NCBI RefSeq assembly: GCF_036321535.1 | Contig: NC_087447.1 | Location: 43,712,001-43,776,000 of the forward strand | Length of the DNA stretch: 64,000 bases | From: Camelus dromedarius | Taxonomy: Eukaryota | Direction of reading: 5' to 3' | Part shown: one piece after another, positions 36,814-50,230 of the stretch | Layout: each line of letters opens with the position of its first letter | How positions within the stretch are numbered: the first letter of the stretch is position 1 | Made by a program: the position numbers and the translations under genes | The notes under the pieces: model-generated | What the model saw: the letters and a program-made list of their open reading frames with translations, nothing else | What the model was told of the DNA's origin: nothing | Databases searched by the model: none

Positions 36814-39800
36814 AAAATTATTCATTGTCATTGGGAAACTAAAGCCTGGGGGATTGTGAGGGCTGGCAGCAGGAGGCCCCATCGCCTTCCCACACCTGAC
36901 ACCCACCTCCCTCTCCAAATCCTCACATTCAGTGGGCCCCCATAGATGATCTTTCCCAAACTGCTCCCTGCCCACCTCAGTGATGCTGCCACAGTCGCCA
37001 AGCCAGAAACCTGGAAGCCATCCCCAGCTTTCCCCTCTCTCACATCCAGTTGGTCACCATGTCCAGTAAAGTATCCTTCCTCACCCCCCTCAGGTCTGTC
37101 CCCTCATCCTCACCTGCCCGGCTTCGGGCTACATCATCTCCCATCAGAATGACTGCAGTGGCTTCCTGGCTGGTTTTCCTGCCTGCAGCCTCACGCCCAC
37201 ACCCTACTCACTCTCACCACTGCTACCAGCAGCACGGGTGTGTGGGTCCATTTCTCAAATCTAACCATAGCACCCTAGCACTTGTACAATTTTTCACCTG
37301 CTGCCTGTCACCCAGGAAACGACCCAAAGAGGAAGCTAAGGACCCTGGGGACAGTCCAGAGCATGCGCCCTGTAGCCAGGCTTCTGTTCGGATCCCGGTT
37401 CTTCATCTACTCTTGGACAAGTTCCTCAACATTGCTGAGTTTCATTTCCCTGTTCATAAAATGCAGGTGAAAATATGCATTGTGGGATTGTCGGGATTCA
37501 ATGAGACGATGTATGTGGAGGTCCTCTGCACGTAACTGGCTGAGAGTTCGCAACCACAGCAGTAACAGTTCCACACCTGGCTCCCACCAACCGTTAGACT
37601 GCTTTTACTCTAAGCCTCCCTCAGATGCAATGTTTTAGGCCAAGAACCCAATCCAGACTGCTCCATCCCGACTCCCTCTTTTGAGGCCCAATTCCAGCAT
37701 CATGATTCCGAGGATCCTCTCCTTCCCCCAGCTGGAAATGACTCCCCAGACTTGGGCCCCCTCTCCACGCTCATGACAGATTCCCTCAGCACCCGGAACT
37801 CTCTAGAGCACTGGCCACTTTATGTGTGAGACTCCTTTGACTGAGTCGTCGCTCCTCGTGGGCAGGGCTGTGTCTCTGAGCCCAGAGCTCGGCCCAGTAC
37901 TGGCACAAAGCACGTGGTCAGCTCATGTATGTTGAGTGGATGAACACAACAACATGTCTGCCCACGGGAGGCAGCTGGAGGCTGACGGAGGGCAAAATTC
38001 CACCGCATCTGTGGGTTAGTGAAACAAGTAATCTGCTTCCTAAATACAACAGGACTGAGACAGGAGAGACATTCCCAATCCAGAAGAAATAAAGAAGTCA
38101 CTGATCTTAACTGGAAGCTGAGAGGCTCCCAGGGATGGCAGGCAAGTCTGTACCTGGGGGCCTGAGGCATGACTGAGGTCTTGTCCAGCCCTGAGGTCCT
38201 TGTCTCCATGGGGATGGGACTGATGGTGCAGAAAAGCAGCACACCTGGCCTCAGAGCCAGGGCAGGGCCCAAGGACACCCACGCTGTAGCAGGACTGAAG
38301 GACAAGGCCACAGGCATCAACTTTCCATCAGGACAGAACAGCCAGACACAGAAAGACATCCTGTCACAATGAAGGGGAGTCAGAGCAGGGCAGAGGGACC
38401 AGGATGCTGAGAAAGCTGCTGTCAGAACTGGTAACCGCTGTTAGTGAAAATCTGCGTCTAAGCAAAGTGACGAGGTGGGGTCTCCTTTGTCAATTTCTTT
38501 TGTCAACGAATAGAAGTTTAAGTAGCTGACGAAAGACTGCACAGGAGAAGATCAAAGAATGCCACTTAAGGTGAACAAGCGAGCTTAACTTGTCTCTGTC
38601 TAATCACGGTACCAGTAACTCCTAATAACAAGTGTTTGTTTAAAGCTTTTGGCTTCAGGAAGGTTTTTCCCCACACAAGGCTTCTCATTCCCACCTCAAC
38701 ATCCCAGGTCAGGCTGTTCTGATCAGTCAGCCAGTGAAGCTGAGACCGGTGGGGGCCGAGATCCATCAGAATCGCTGAAGGGCTCTAAGCCTAGGTGCAG
38801 GCTGGAGGTGCCAGCTGGTGGCCGGGGACAAATGCAATATTTCTTGCTGAGCATCTTTTTCCCGCTTTACCAGGTGAGTGAGCTGTGCGCACTGGGCATG
38901 CCCAACCACTCCCTCTTGGGCGAGTTCCAAATGAGCCCGAAGAACATTTGTGCGGGAGCCTGGCTCTGCAGAACCCACTGAAAGGAGTCCCTCTGCTTTC
39001 TGGCCCTTCCACTAAAGCCCAGTCCGGATCCTGCCCCATGTCACTGCTCCTCCAGCAGCCCTCTTTGGCATGTTCAAACCCAGAGGCTTCCATTTAAGCA
39101 CTTACCCAAAAAGCACTTACCCTTCTCACCAAACCACAGCCTTTTAAACTGGGCTCTGTGATCCCAAACAGCTCCTCCATCAACAGGAAATAACAGCAGG
39201 GGGCTCAGACCCAGAACTGAACACCCTTCTCTAAAGACTGCTAAGAACAGCACCAGGTACTGACACCTCACCTCCAGGCACCTCCCGGCTTAGCCGTCCC
39301 CCAGACGCAGGGCAGCATACTCCTCCTCCTTGAAATGGCAGGCTTCTGCAGAGAAACACCACCCAGAGACCTGAGCGTGAGACACCTGAGACACCGTGAG
39401 CCCGGCCCACGAGGAGGAGCACGGGGTCTGGCTGAGAAACGGGTGTGAGAGCGTGAGGCTGTCATGCTCACACCCAAATGGCACACCTGACCCTCGAGGC
39501 TGAAGGAATGCTGGGGAGCTGGTATCTGAGTTTGCCTTTGCTTAATATTTTTAAACACTGGTTTCACCTTCCTGACTGTTCTCACCTCCCACTCTCTGCA
39601 CCCCACCCCAAGCTGGTCCTTTGCCCCAGTTCAAGGATTTATTATTGTGGTAAAGAGGCTACAACACTCTCAGTGACCAAGGCCACAGGGCTGCTGAGGA
39701 ATGGTTTGGGTAGATCTCAAAAGAAAAAGGATGCAGGTACTCCAACAGGGAGAGGGATTTGGGGGTGAGGCAGAAATCTGTGCCTCTGGAAACAGTGAGA

Positions 39801-40662
39801 CAGGGAGCCAGACTGTGTCTAGGGGCAGAGCATCACCAAGACCCCATCAGTTTGCCCTTCAACGCTGTGCTCCAGACAAGTACATCTGTGTCCTCACCGT
39901 GGTGGGGCTCACTGCAGCCACTCAGAGAACTTGGGATGGAAGGTTCTTTTCCTTCCTTCTGGAGTCTCAGAGTAGCAAATGTAAATGAGACTTCAAGGCT
40001 GGGATATGAAGGACCAGGTGAAACAACAAACACTTCACCTGCTCGAAGATCTAGCTGAGATCTGGGGGCCGGCTCCCAGCCCCACGGCCAGCGGGTGGTT
40101 CACAGTCCATCCAGTGATGGCCAATCACTTCGCGCCCCTGCAGGTTCCTCCTGTCTGTCAAAGCCGCCTGCTCTGCAAGTTCACAGACGGTTTCCTTCCT
40201 CCCTCCTGCAGAGGCAGCAGCCCCTGTGAAAAGGCTTTGTCCTCATTATCCCATTTAACCTTCCTGGTGATCCTGTGAGGGACATAGCCTCATTATCAGC
40301 CCCACTTCTGAAAGAGGCAACGGAGACACAAAGATATTAAGAGAGTGCCTGAGGTCTCTGGTTTCCCCACAGAGTCCCGCCTGTCAGTCACCTAAGTCCC
40401 CACCTGCTCGCCCCACCACTCTGCCTCGTCCTGCCGATTTGCTCAGCTCTGTGAAGAGCTGGGAGACGTGGAAGCTGGTTTCCATGTCCAAACCAAAAGA
40501 CCTCAAAACACCTGGAGCCAAGAGACTTTCTGCTAACTCACACTCCCTGCACATCTTCATGGGGACACTGCCTGCTGCCCCCATTCAACTCTGTTACAAG
40601 ATAGTATTTTACCCAAAAAAGATACACAGAACAGAAAACAACTGTCTCAGAAATGCATGACT

Positions 40663-40827
40663 GGGGATAGGGGGTATAGCTCAGTGGTAGAGCACACGCT
40701 TGGTGTGCACAAGGTCCTGGGTTCAACCCCCAGTGCCTCCGTTAAGGAGAAAAATTGTTTAATAGTAATAATAAATAAAATAAAACTAAATATATGTAAA
40801 AAAAAAAAACCAGGAAAAAAATTTTTT
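40663..40827 (+). mobile_element. tRNA-Ala-derived SINE
   Basis: GGGGGTATAGCTCAGTGGTAGAGC...GGTTCAACCCCCAGTGCCTCC with long A-rich tail. Imperfect TSD AAATGCATGAC / AAATATATGAC. Confidence 0.88.
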
Positions 40828-42714
40828 AAATATATGACCCATAAAAATCATATTTCTTTTAGATTGGTTTAATCTATTTAAACCATGCTCCTCTATCATC
40901 TGTAAAACCATGCAGTTGACGCTATGAGGGAAAAAAATGAATTTAACACTACGTTATTTATCTGCTAAGGGCCAAAAGTCCTTCATCTGTCATCCACGTC
41001 AATTGGAATGGAAAGGTTGCATGCAGAATTGGGCCTCTATCCAGGATCCGTGAGCTAAAGCCAACTAAACTTTGGCTTTTGCCCACTTAGACTTCAGAAT
41101 TTCATAAATTAAAGGTCTAATTTTAAAGCAGCCATGGTGTTCCTTTGTGAGAAGAAAAACATCATTTCCCTGAAATTCCCAACATCTCAAAAATTAAGTT
41201 CAGATGGCGATTAACTGTGAATGTCAATTCTCCACCATTGCTGGCTCAACGCACAAGGAGCATGGAAAACATCACGTGGAAGTTAGTTTCCAAGATAAGC
41301 TGAGTTTCAAAAATCATTTCCTGAGCGTCTTATGGACGATGAGGTTCACCTCGTCATCCATTAGTTCAAGTCGGTGAACAACCAAGGCGCCTGACACCAC
41401 GGAGGCCCTGGGGAGGGAAAAAGGCACACGCACGGCAACAACACAGCAGGAGGGGCATTCCCAGGAGAGGGGAGCTCAGGGCGCGGCAGAAGGAGAGACC
41501 AGTGCAGTCTGGGCAATCCTAGAAGGCTTCTTGGAGTAAGTGAGATTTCTCCAAATAGCAGGTAGAAATGCCAATGCACTGTAAGAGGAGTAAAGCCCCA
41601 GGTGTGGGGAGGGGTGGGGTGTGCAAAAGCTTTGTGTGGCCAGAGAGCAACAGGGGAAGAGTGGGAGCAAATGAGGCTGGGCCTCTCACAGCATCTCACC
41701 CCTAAAACTTGGCCTTTATCCATCAGGCAATGGGAACCACAGAAGGGAGCTGCCTGGAAGCTGCCCATTCGTCTCCAGCAATGATGCAGAAGCAAGCAAG
41801 GACCTGAGAGAAGAACCCTTCTCAGAGGAGCTCCCAGGACTCTCTGGATTCCCCCACCCCACAACCAAGCTACAGTAGCCTATCCCCTCCACTCGCCCAC
41901 CTCAGGAGCCCTCCAATATCCTCCCACACTTCCCTGACTCAGTTTCCCCTTTCAGCACCCTTTACTCCGGACAGAGAGGATGGAGGCCTCTCTACTCCAG
42001 GCCCCATCAACAGTCAGCATACAGGAGCATCACCTGAAACTCCACCTACATCTCTCCAGTCACCTCCCCAGCTGGCACTGAACCTGCTTCCACCCCCTCA
42101 CCCCTCCACCCAGCCTCTCAGCTCACTCTCTCTCTCCGCCTCTGGCAACTTGCCTCCCAGGCAGGGGGAGAGTGAGAGAGGTAGAGTGAGCTGGGGAGCA
42201 GGTGTCTCCTCTTCCCTCTGCTCACAGATGCTAAACAACACACACAGCTCCATCAGGCAGTCAGGCACCCAGATCTTTAACCTCGCGCATCCTTCCTCCC
42301 CGACTCCTCCTCAGCGAACTGCCCTGTATCTTTCTTTGATGAGAAACGGAATCCCTCAATTCCCTTTCTCTCCACCACAACCTCCCCTCCACCCTGAGAT
42401 CCCCTAATCTAACATCACTGAGGTCCAACCTCTCAATTATTCCTGCAGGAGGCTGAATCTGAATCTCTCCCCCTTTTCTGCTCTTCCCTCTCAAACCACA
42501 CAAACATCAAAGCCTCTGTGATGCTAAAACGCTTCCTTTGGCCCCACATACCCCAGCTACCATTTCTCCTCTGCTTCGTTGCCAAAGGGCTCGCCTCCCA
42601 GGCTCTCTGCCGCCCACCCGGGTGAGATTCCCACTTTTGTGCCTGATGCTGCTCCCTCATCCATCCAGTGATTTCAGGTCTTACTTCCTTGAGAGGCAGC
42701 ACGTGGGGTTACAG

Positions 42715-42900
42715 CACAAACGGGAGAGCCAGGCTGCAGGGCTCAGACCCCCATTTCTGACCCTCACTCACTGTGTGTCCTAGGGCAGGATGCTTACCCT
42801 CAGTGCCTCAGCTTCCTCGTCTACAAGATGAGGCTAATAAAAGCACTTCCTCAGAGGTGGCTGTGCAGGTTAAATGAGTTAATACGAGGAAAGTGCTGAG
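42715..42900. mobile_element. MIR SINE
   Basis: GTGCCTCAGCTTCCTCGTCTACAAGATGAGGCTAATAA...TTAAATGAGTTAATA. Similar MIR pieces lie at about 26200-26410, 29370-29545, 34000-34110, 37380-37535, 48225-48420, 51750-51955 and 54070-54275. Confidence 0.75.
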
Positions 42901-43504
42901 ACCAGCGATCCGTGTTGGCCAGGGCTGCTCTTCTCTGCAAACCCCCGAGACGTTCCTCCAGCACTGGGGACGAGTGCTCCCTGGGTTCCTCCTTCACTGA
43001 ATGTCCTACATCTCAGCTTCACTCACTGCCTCATTTCCTTCTACAGGCTCTCCCCGGACAATTCAAACGTCATCTCCATGGTCACGACTCTAGACTGCTC
43101 TTGGAAGCTCAGACCAAAATTCCCAAATACGCATCAGCGTTCTGGCTGTCTCAGCAGATGCTGAGATTCAGCATGATCTGAAACTCTCAATGTGGTCCTG
43201 CCCTCACTTGGTATCTCAGAGCCTCTGGGGATTGTAGACCCTGCGTTCGCCTGGGACTCTTCCCTGACCCCCTCATCGCCTTCAATCAGCAGCCAGGTCC
43301 CTGTGCATCGCTCTGTGCAGGGACCCGCTTCTCCATCTCAACTCATTCCAACTGCCCCAGCCTGGGTTCAGGGATTCAGAATTAGGCATTGGAGGGCCTC
43401 CTCTCATCCGAGCAGTGCCTGGCCTCTCCCAGAGCAACCCACACGCAGGAGCCTGACATCCAAGGCATCTCTTAGCTGACCTCAAATTGTCCTGGACACA
43501 AGAT

Positions 43505-43735
43505 GGTGATAACAATGGCTGCCAGTTATTAAGCACTCACTCTGCCCTGAGCTAAGCATTTAGATATATCTCATTACCTCAATATTCATAACTGTTATTA
43601 TCCAAATTGTACAGACAAGGAAACTGAAGCTTGGAGAGGTGAAACAACTTGGTCAAATCACACATCCAGGAAGCAGCAGAGATGGGACTGGATCCCAGGT
43701 AGTCTGACTCCCAGGTCACGCCATTAACCATTTTG
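43505..43735. mobile_element. MIR SINE
   Basis: ACAGACAAGGAAACTGAAGCTTGGAGAGGTGAAACAACTTGGTCAAATCACACA...CCCAGGTAGTCTGACTCC. Confidence 0.8.
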
Positions 43736-45379
43736 CGGCACTTCCTCACCAGGCCTGGCCACTTCAACCACGTCCTTCCGAATCCTTGATCCTCCAGCCA
43801 CCAGGGAGCATTCTCATTTTGCTGTGCCTTTTTCATGTTGTCCCCGCAAACTAAAGCTCCCTTCTCTAGTCTCTGTCCATCAGAACTAATTCTTCAGAGC
43901 CCAGGTGATTCTCCTTCCTCTGTGGCAGCATTCCCACCCCTACCTGTGCCGGAGAACCTCTGCTGAGACCTACAGCACGTGCTAAGCCTCCATTCAGCTT
44001 CTGTTTCATGTTGCCATGGGGATATCCACTGGGAGGACACTGCCTGTCTCTTTCCTGGACCTCCTCACTGGGGGGCAGCTGCCTATCTGATTGGTGGGAA
44101 TGAGAGGGAACTGAGCGGTGTGGCCCAGCCCCGTCCTTCCCTCTGTTTCCAGGGCCTCCCTCCATCTGGGTCCCTAGTAGAGGTGGGTGTACTAACTCAG
44201 CAAAGGGATGTACTGAGAACCCTATTCTCTAAACACCTTTATTAGCCCTGGACCTGGTATCTTGGTCTCCATTTGTCTGATTCCTGGTCTTATTTTTCAA
44301 TTGATACCAAACTCAGAGGACATTTAAATGGTACAATTACCACACACACCCCACCTCTGACCACTCACTGTCAGTAAAGACTAGAGCAACAGTGCCCAAG
44401 CAGGGCTCGTCAAAGTTGGTCTGCGTGGCACACTGAGCACTGAGACCCCATATGGAAGTCTGAGTAGTGATCACTAGCAAGGAGTCCCCATAGCAGCCTG
44501 GGGTGACCCCCCACTGTCCACCTGGCACCCTCTGTCCGGGAGCCTGCCTCCCCCACCACCTGCAGAGGACGCTATAGTTCACTCTCCCAGGAAGGGTAAG
44601 GCCAGGAAGGAGGGCAGGGGGGCAGGGATTTGCTGTGGCCTCTGGATAACACCAGCCAAAGCAAATTAATCTGCTGGTGTCTGGTTTATAGCCCAGCCTT
44701 GTTAGTCTGGTCGGCATGAGTCAGACCGCAGGCCACAAGCACCTTTCAATAAACAGATAAACAAGTGTCTGAGCCAGCAAACCGCCCTCCCACACAGGCA
44801 GTCCTTACCTCTATCCTCTCCCCCGTCCACAGCCATCTGCTCCCGTAGCAGGCAGAACCCTAGCCCCCTGACAGGAGCCTCCGGTAGTGTGTCTCCTCAG
44901 CCCCAGAACACACCCTTCAAAGAAAGCGACCTTCACTGTCCTCTTGAAGCAGAGAACGTGGGTGCACGTGCACCCAAACACCCCCAGGGAGGAACAAATG
45001 GACATCAAGCCATTTCACCGCCTCTACCTGATGGTGGACAGATTCACACAAATGCTTCAAATGCAGCTTCAGCTTGAACACTGCCTGAAGCTTCATCTCA
45101 AAAACCACCCCCTAAAAACATAATCAGTGAGGAGTTATTGCTGAAGCCGGGTGATGGCTTATACTATTCCTTCTACTTCAGTAGAAGGAATCTTTTTTTT
45201 TAATAACAAAAGCTTTAATCCACCACTTAGGAATCTGGGTTTTTCCAGAGGGCAGCACCAGATTCTACCTTCCTTTGCTGGGGACAAACAGAACAGAGAT
45301 TTGAACCTAAATTCCTGATGCCTCAGTGGGTGCTCTTCCTGCAGGGCCACTGAGACTCCCTGAAGGTCCTGACATCTGA

Positions 45380-46020
45380 CCAAACTTTCATCCCACCACC
45401 ATTCAGACCCTCGTCGTCTCTCACCTGGATTTCCAAAGCTGCCTCCCCTAGACTTCCTACTTCCTGCTGACTCTTCTTCAACCTACCTTTCCCAGAGCAG
45501 GCAGGGTAAGTCTCAAAAAGCTCATGGCATTACTCCTCTGCTCTCAAACCCTCCACAGCTCCCCACTGCTTCGGGAACAAAGCTGCATTCTGTCACTCAG
45601 CCATCAAAAGGCTTCCAAAAAGATCCACCTTCCCAGCCACACTTCTCCCCATGCTCTCCAGCGAGCCACTTCCTACACCCTAAAAACAGACAGCTTTCCC
45701 TGTTTTCTCTATTTCCTCTGGGATGTTTTTCTTTCATCTATACTCTTCATCTATACTTTTTCTATACTTCAAATCTCACCCATTCGAAGACCTTACCCAC
45801 ATGCACCAACACCAACACCAACAAGCCTTTCCTGACCCCACTGCTCCCAGCACCTGAAGGTGCTGCATGCCCGCACTCTGCTCCTGCCACGCTTGGTACC
45901 ACGTTTATCATCTCCCAGCTCTGTTTATGTGACTCCTCCATATGTCTGTCTTCCCTTCCAAGTTAAGATGCTTGAGAGCAAGGAGTCTGTGCTATTCACC
46001 TGTCTCTCCTCCGAGTCCAG
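45380..46020. mobile_element. L2 fragment
   Basis: GTCTCTCACCTGGAT...CTCCTCTGCTCTCAAACCCTCCACAGCTCCCCACTGC...AAGATGCTTGAGAGCAAGGAGTCTGT. Confidence 0.55.
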
Positions 46021-46949
46021 CAACCAGCATCCACTTTCTCACTGTTTCCTTCCCTAAGGCCCCTCTCTTTGTGGTCTGATACTCCAAGGTGAAGGCAGCT
46101 CTGCCATCAGGGGAACATGGCCATGCCTGGCCCTGGCATGAGCTAACTGATGAATGCAATTAAATTGCCCAAGCACTGATGGGAGAAGAAGATGGAACTT
46201 CCCCTAATGGATGATAAAACCAGGCATTTCTCCTCCTTCTATTATTTTACAATGCTAAGCAACAAGGGAAAAAAAACAGATCTGAATTGGCAAGTTTTCT
46301 CTATCAGCTAGAGTATTTGAGGGCCTCATGCAGCACTTTAGGCTGCAGCCAGCTACCTCCTACCAGCCTCCCAAGCTGCCTGGTGGGTAGCACGGGGCCC
46401 CAGAATTTTGGCAGGCTCTAGGTAAATACTAATTGAATTAATCAACATTTATTCTGTGTTCTGAACTTTCATTTCAATGTGTTAAACAGTTTAATTTTGA
46501 ATCAATGCAGTAGCTTTCCTTTTGCATATTAAAAAAAATGTTTAAACTAGTAGGAGACCAAAGAACTTCCTTAAAGACAGGCTGTGTGCACTGGCAACAG
46601 CAGCTCAGCTCCTGCTTCCAACAGTGAAGGGGGTTCCCTCTGCAGGCCTGGCTGGAGGCTATTACTGGGGGATGAGCAATTCTTTCTTCACTGGAGAACT
46701 GAGAGCTGCGTGGAAGCCAGGTGAAGACACCATGTAGAGCCCACTGCTGCCAGAGAGCCTAGACTACAGGGAACAGCTCGGTCTGGGCTTTTCTGCGTTG
46801 AGCCTTGGGACGAGGCCAATAGAGCTTCCTCCACTGACTGAGCTGAGTCTACCTTCCTCTACTGGTCCCTTGGCAGGACCAGCAGTGAGGGCCTCTCCAT
46901 CCTTCCGCATGACACCAAGCCTTGTTCAATGAGGATTCTGAGAACATCC

Positions 46950-47319
46950 TGTTGTGGGCTGAATTGGGGCCCCCTGTCTCAAATTCCAATATTGAAGTCC
47001 TAACCCCCAGTACCTCAAATGTGACTATATTTAGAAATAAGACCTTTAAAGAGGTAATTAACTTAAAATGAGGTCATCAGGATGAGCCCTAATCCAGTAT
47101 GACTGGTGTCCTTATATGGACACAGAGGGGAGACCATGTGAACACACAGGGATAGAGACCACCTACAAGCCAAAGAGAGAGAGGCCTCAGAAGAAACCAA
47201 CCTTGCTGACACCTTGCACTTGGACTTCTAGCCTCCAGAATTGTAAGAAGATAAATTTCTATTGCTTAATCCATCCAGTCTCTGGTCTTTTGTTATGGCA
47301 CCCCTAGCAAACTGACACA
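46950..47319 (+). mobile_element. MLT1 (MaLR) solo LTR, MLT1B-like
   Basis: TGTTGTGGGCTGAATTG...GAAGTCCTAACCCCCAGTACCTCA...TGTTATGGCACCCCTAGCAAACTGACACA. Confidence 0.85.
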
Positions 47320-48548
47320 TGCCCCATCTGATCTTGGACACACGCTGGGCAAACTGATCTGAAGAAGGCAGCCTCCTCCCCAGAGATGGGGGTCTCTGTT
47401 CTCATCCACAGGTGTTCCTCTTCCCTCTGAGGGAGACAGCCTTGCATCTCCAGGCCTAAAACAACATCCAGATAAAGACAGTTCCTAATAGTCCTCTATT
47501 TATCTTTGTAAGTCAGCTCTGAGTCAAGTGATGCCTGGGGACCAAGACCATTTAGTGAGGTCAGACTTTGGCATGCTGTCAGGAGGAAACCCTAAGACCC
47601 TGTAGCCCTGACCAGCTGTCAGGCTGCATTCAAGGAGCACAAGCCCTGGGCCCAGCCCTCTTCTCTTCAAAGCAGTTCAACAACTCCAGCATATGATGGG
47701 GGGAGGGGCAAAGTGGGTCCCCTAGCCTCAGCTCACCTGTCACAAGACACTTGCCACTCAGGTCTCTTCCCTCCCCCAAGAGCACTTAGGCCAGAGAGTG
47801 GTTCAGGGAATTTCCTAAGAAAAGTGATCCAGGAATCCCCCATCTGCACAGACTCACAGACCACAGCTAGAGGACTGCATTGCACAAGGTCTCCCCTCCC
47901 TGGAAGCCCACGAGGTCTTGTGTCCGGAAGTCTGTCCATCTGACCGCGGGGGAGTAGGAGCATCTGCATCAGCTCCTGGGGGCCTCTATCCCTCATCCTT
48001 ACCTCTTTTCCACAAGGCAGGGCCATTACCCTCCCGTGGGAGATACCCAACAGTTCCTCAGACTCAAAGTGGAAGGTGGAGAGGCCTGTGTGATTCAACA
48101 CGGGCACAGAAGGGGAAGGCAGCACCGACACCAGCGGCCCCAGCCCAGCCCAATCTGGACCTTGAGCTTTTGTGGCTTCTTCTTGTTTGTCCTGAAGAAG
48201 TTGAGGAGCAAGACGCAACAGAGAGAGTCCAGGCTTTGGAGTCACATGGACTTGGGTTTAAATCCCGGTTCCACTGCTTAGAGCTGGGTTCATTTCTGAC
48301 CTTGGGTAACACAGATTAACCTCTCAGGTTACTGTGTAATAGACATATTACCACCTACTCCACACAGGGCAGGTCACAAGGTTATGAGAGGGGGCAGAAC
48401 AAACCACCCAGCTCAGTGCCTGGCCCCTCTCTGAGAACATGTCCCTGCCACACTATTCCAGAAGATGGGGCTAGCCAAGACCTAGGCCTAATGTTAGGAT
48501 CAGGAAAAAAAAAAATATGACACTGACTCCCTTTAAGAAGTTGCTGGT

Positions 48549-48640
48549 GGGGAGGGGAATAGCTCAGTGGTAGAGCGCATGCTTAGCATACACAAGCGGG
48601 TTCAATCCCTAGTACCTCCATTACGCAAAAAAAAAAAAAG
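48549..48640 (+). mobile_element. tRNA-Ala-derived SINE with small internal deletion
   Basis: A and B boxes, poly-A tail, TSD AA(G/A)AAGTTGC at 48535-48544 and 48641-48650. Confidence 0.88.
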
Positions 48641-49325
48641 AAAAAGTTGCCAAACCTCTTGCGGCCAGCCCGCACTGAGGGGACTCAGGAGGACAAACAC
48701 AGTGCCTGTGCTCTGAGCTTTCCGTGTCTCCAGGAAGGCAGGGGCCACCGGGCCTTCGAGAGTGGAGAGTTTCCCGCTCACTCACATGCTCACTCATACA
48801 GACCCTTGGCACCTTCCTGAGCCATTCCACCAGTCCCACCAGACACCCAGCTTAAGGACAGTGAGCAGGTAAGTTTATGATGCTCGTGCGCCAGTGAGGA
48901 GCAGGCATCTGGCAGAGAAGTCACAGCTGGGGAGATGGAATTGGGAGACCCCAAAGATGGAGGCTAAGGCTGAGGCTAGGCTCCAGGGGTTGGGGAGAGT
49001 AAGGCCAAATCCCAACTACATCCATGGAGCAGGAGGTCCTCGGCCAAGGCACTGGCATGAGAGCCCTTAACTTAGCAGCAGCCTTGAAAGGAGACGGCCG
49101 AGTTGTCCTAGTGTCTCAAAGAGGCCCACAATGGCTCCCAGTGGACGTCACACTCTTACTGAACACCTAGAGCCAAACAGGCAAGCACTCCTTAGTCACT
49201 CGGGGAAGATTTTCATATGCGATGTGTGGCAATGATGCGACAAGATCATGTAGCCTGTAGGATCTGTCTCGTGAACACCATTCCTCACTCAACTGCCACC
49301 AGGTTTACTTAAAATTCTCTTTTTT

Positions 49326-49402
49326 GGTGGAGGGGTACAGCTCAGTGGTAGAGTGCATGCTTAGCATGCACGAGGACTTGGGTTCAATCCCCAGTACCTC
49401 CA

Positions 49403-49458
<56 letters not shown>

Positions 49459-49505
49459 GCAAGCCTAATTACCTCCACCCCTCCGAAAAAACAAAATAAA
49501 AAAAT
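49326..49505 (+). mobile_element. tRNA-Ala-derived SINE with expanded (AAAT)n tail microsatellite
   Basis: Near-complete tRNA-Ala(AGC)-like body, (AAAT)n at about 49405-49458, then CCTAATTACCTCC and an A-rich end. Confidence 0.9.
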
Positions 49506-50230
49506 TTTTTTAATTGTTTCAAATGTAAGTAGTCACGACACGTGAGGGCTGGACCTGTGACCCTAGAGCAGCCTTTAACAGTTTTCAAAGTACTCACGAT
49601 TAGTACGCAGGACATGGAAGAAGAGCTTTGTCCCACGTGAACTCCCCTATTCACACGAGATTCCCAAGACACTGGAGCCCAGATGTACCCTCCGTTGCAC
49701 CCCAGCCTCCCTACAGGGTCTTCTTGGGCCTTCTCTCTGGGCTGAGGGAAACCTCATTAGGAAGCCTGAAGGACCCCATGCCCATCCTTAAGCCAGAAGC
49801 AAGGTGTAGCTGCCAGGGCTAGACTGGGTCCCAAGCACCAGGAAGGAGGCCGAGCTAGACAGAGGAGCTTCCCTGCCCAGACCTGAGGAGCAGTGAGGAC
49901 TGACTGGCTGGACAGGACACAGGATAAGCAAGAACCCCAGCTTCGGCAGGCAGCCACCACCCGCGCGCACCAGCTCAGACCCTGAACGTGACACTATGGA
50001 CACCACAGTGACACCCAGGGCCCACTCCATGCCCCGGCACGGGCAGGCTCCCAGCAAACGCTTATAGGACTGTGTCAGCCCCTCCTCTTCCCACCCACAG
50101 CCCCACTTGGGTTACTGCCCAGGTTTCTCTCACATCCCTCACCCTACCCTTCCAAACCACCATCTTGCTTAACATCCCTTACAGCTGACACCCTGGGGTC
50201 CCCAACAGGTGAGGTGGGTTGTAAGGAACT

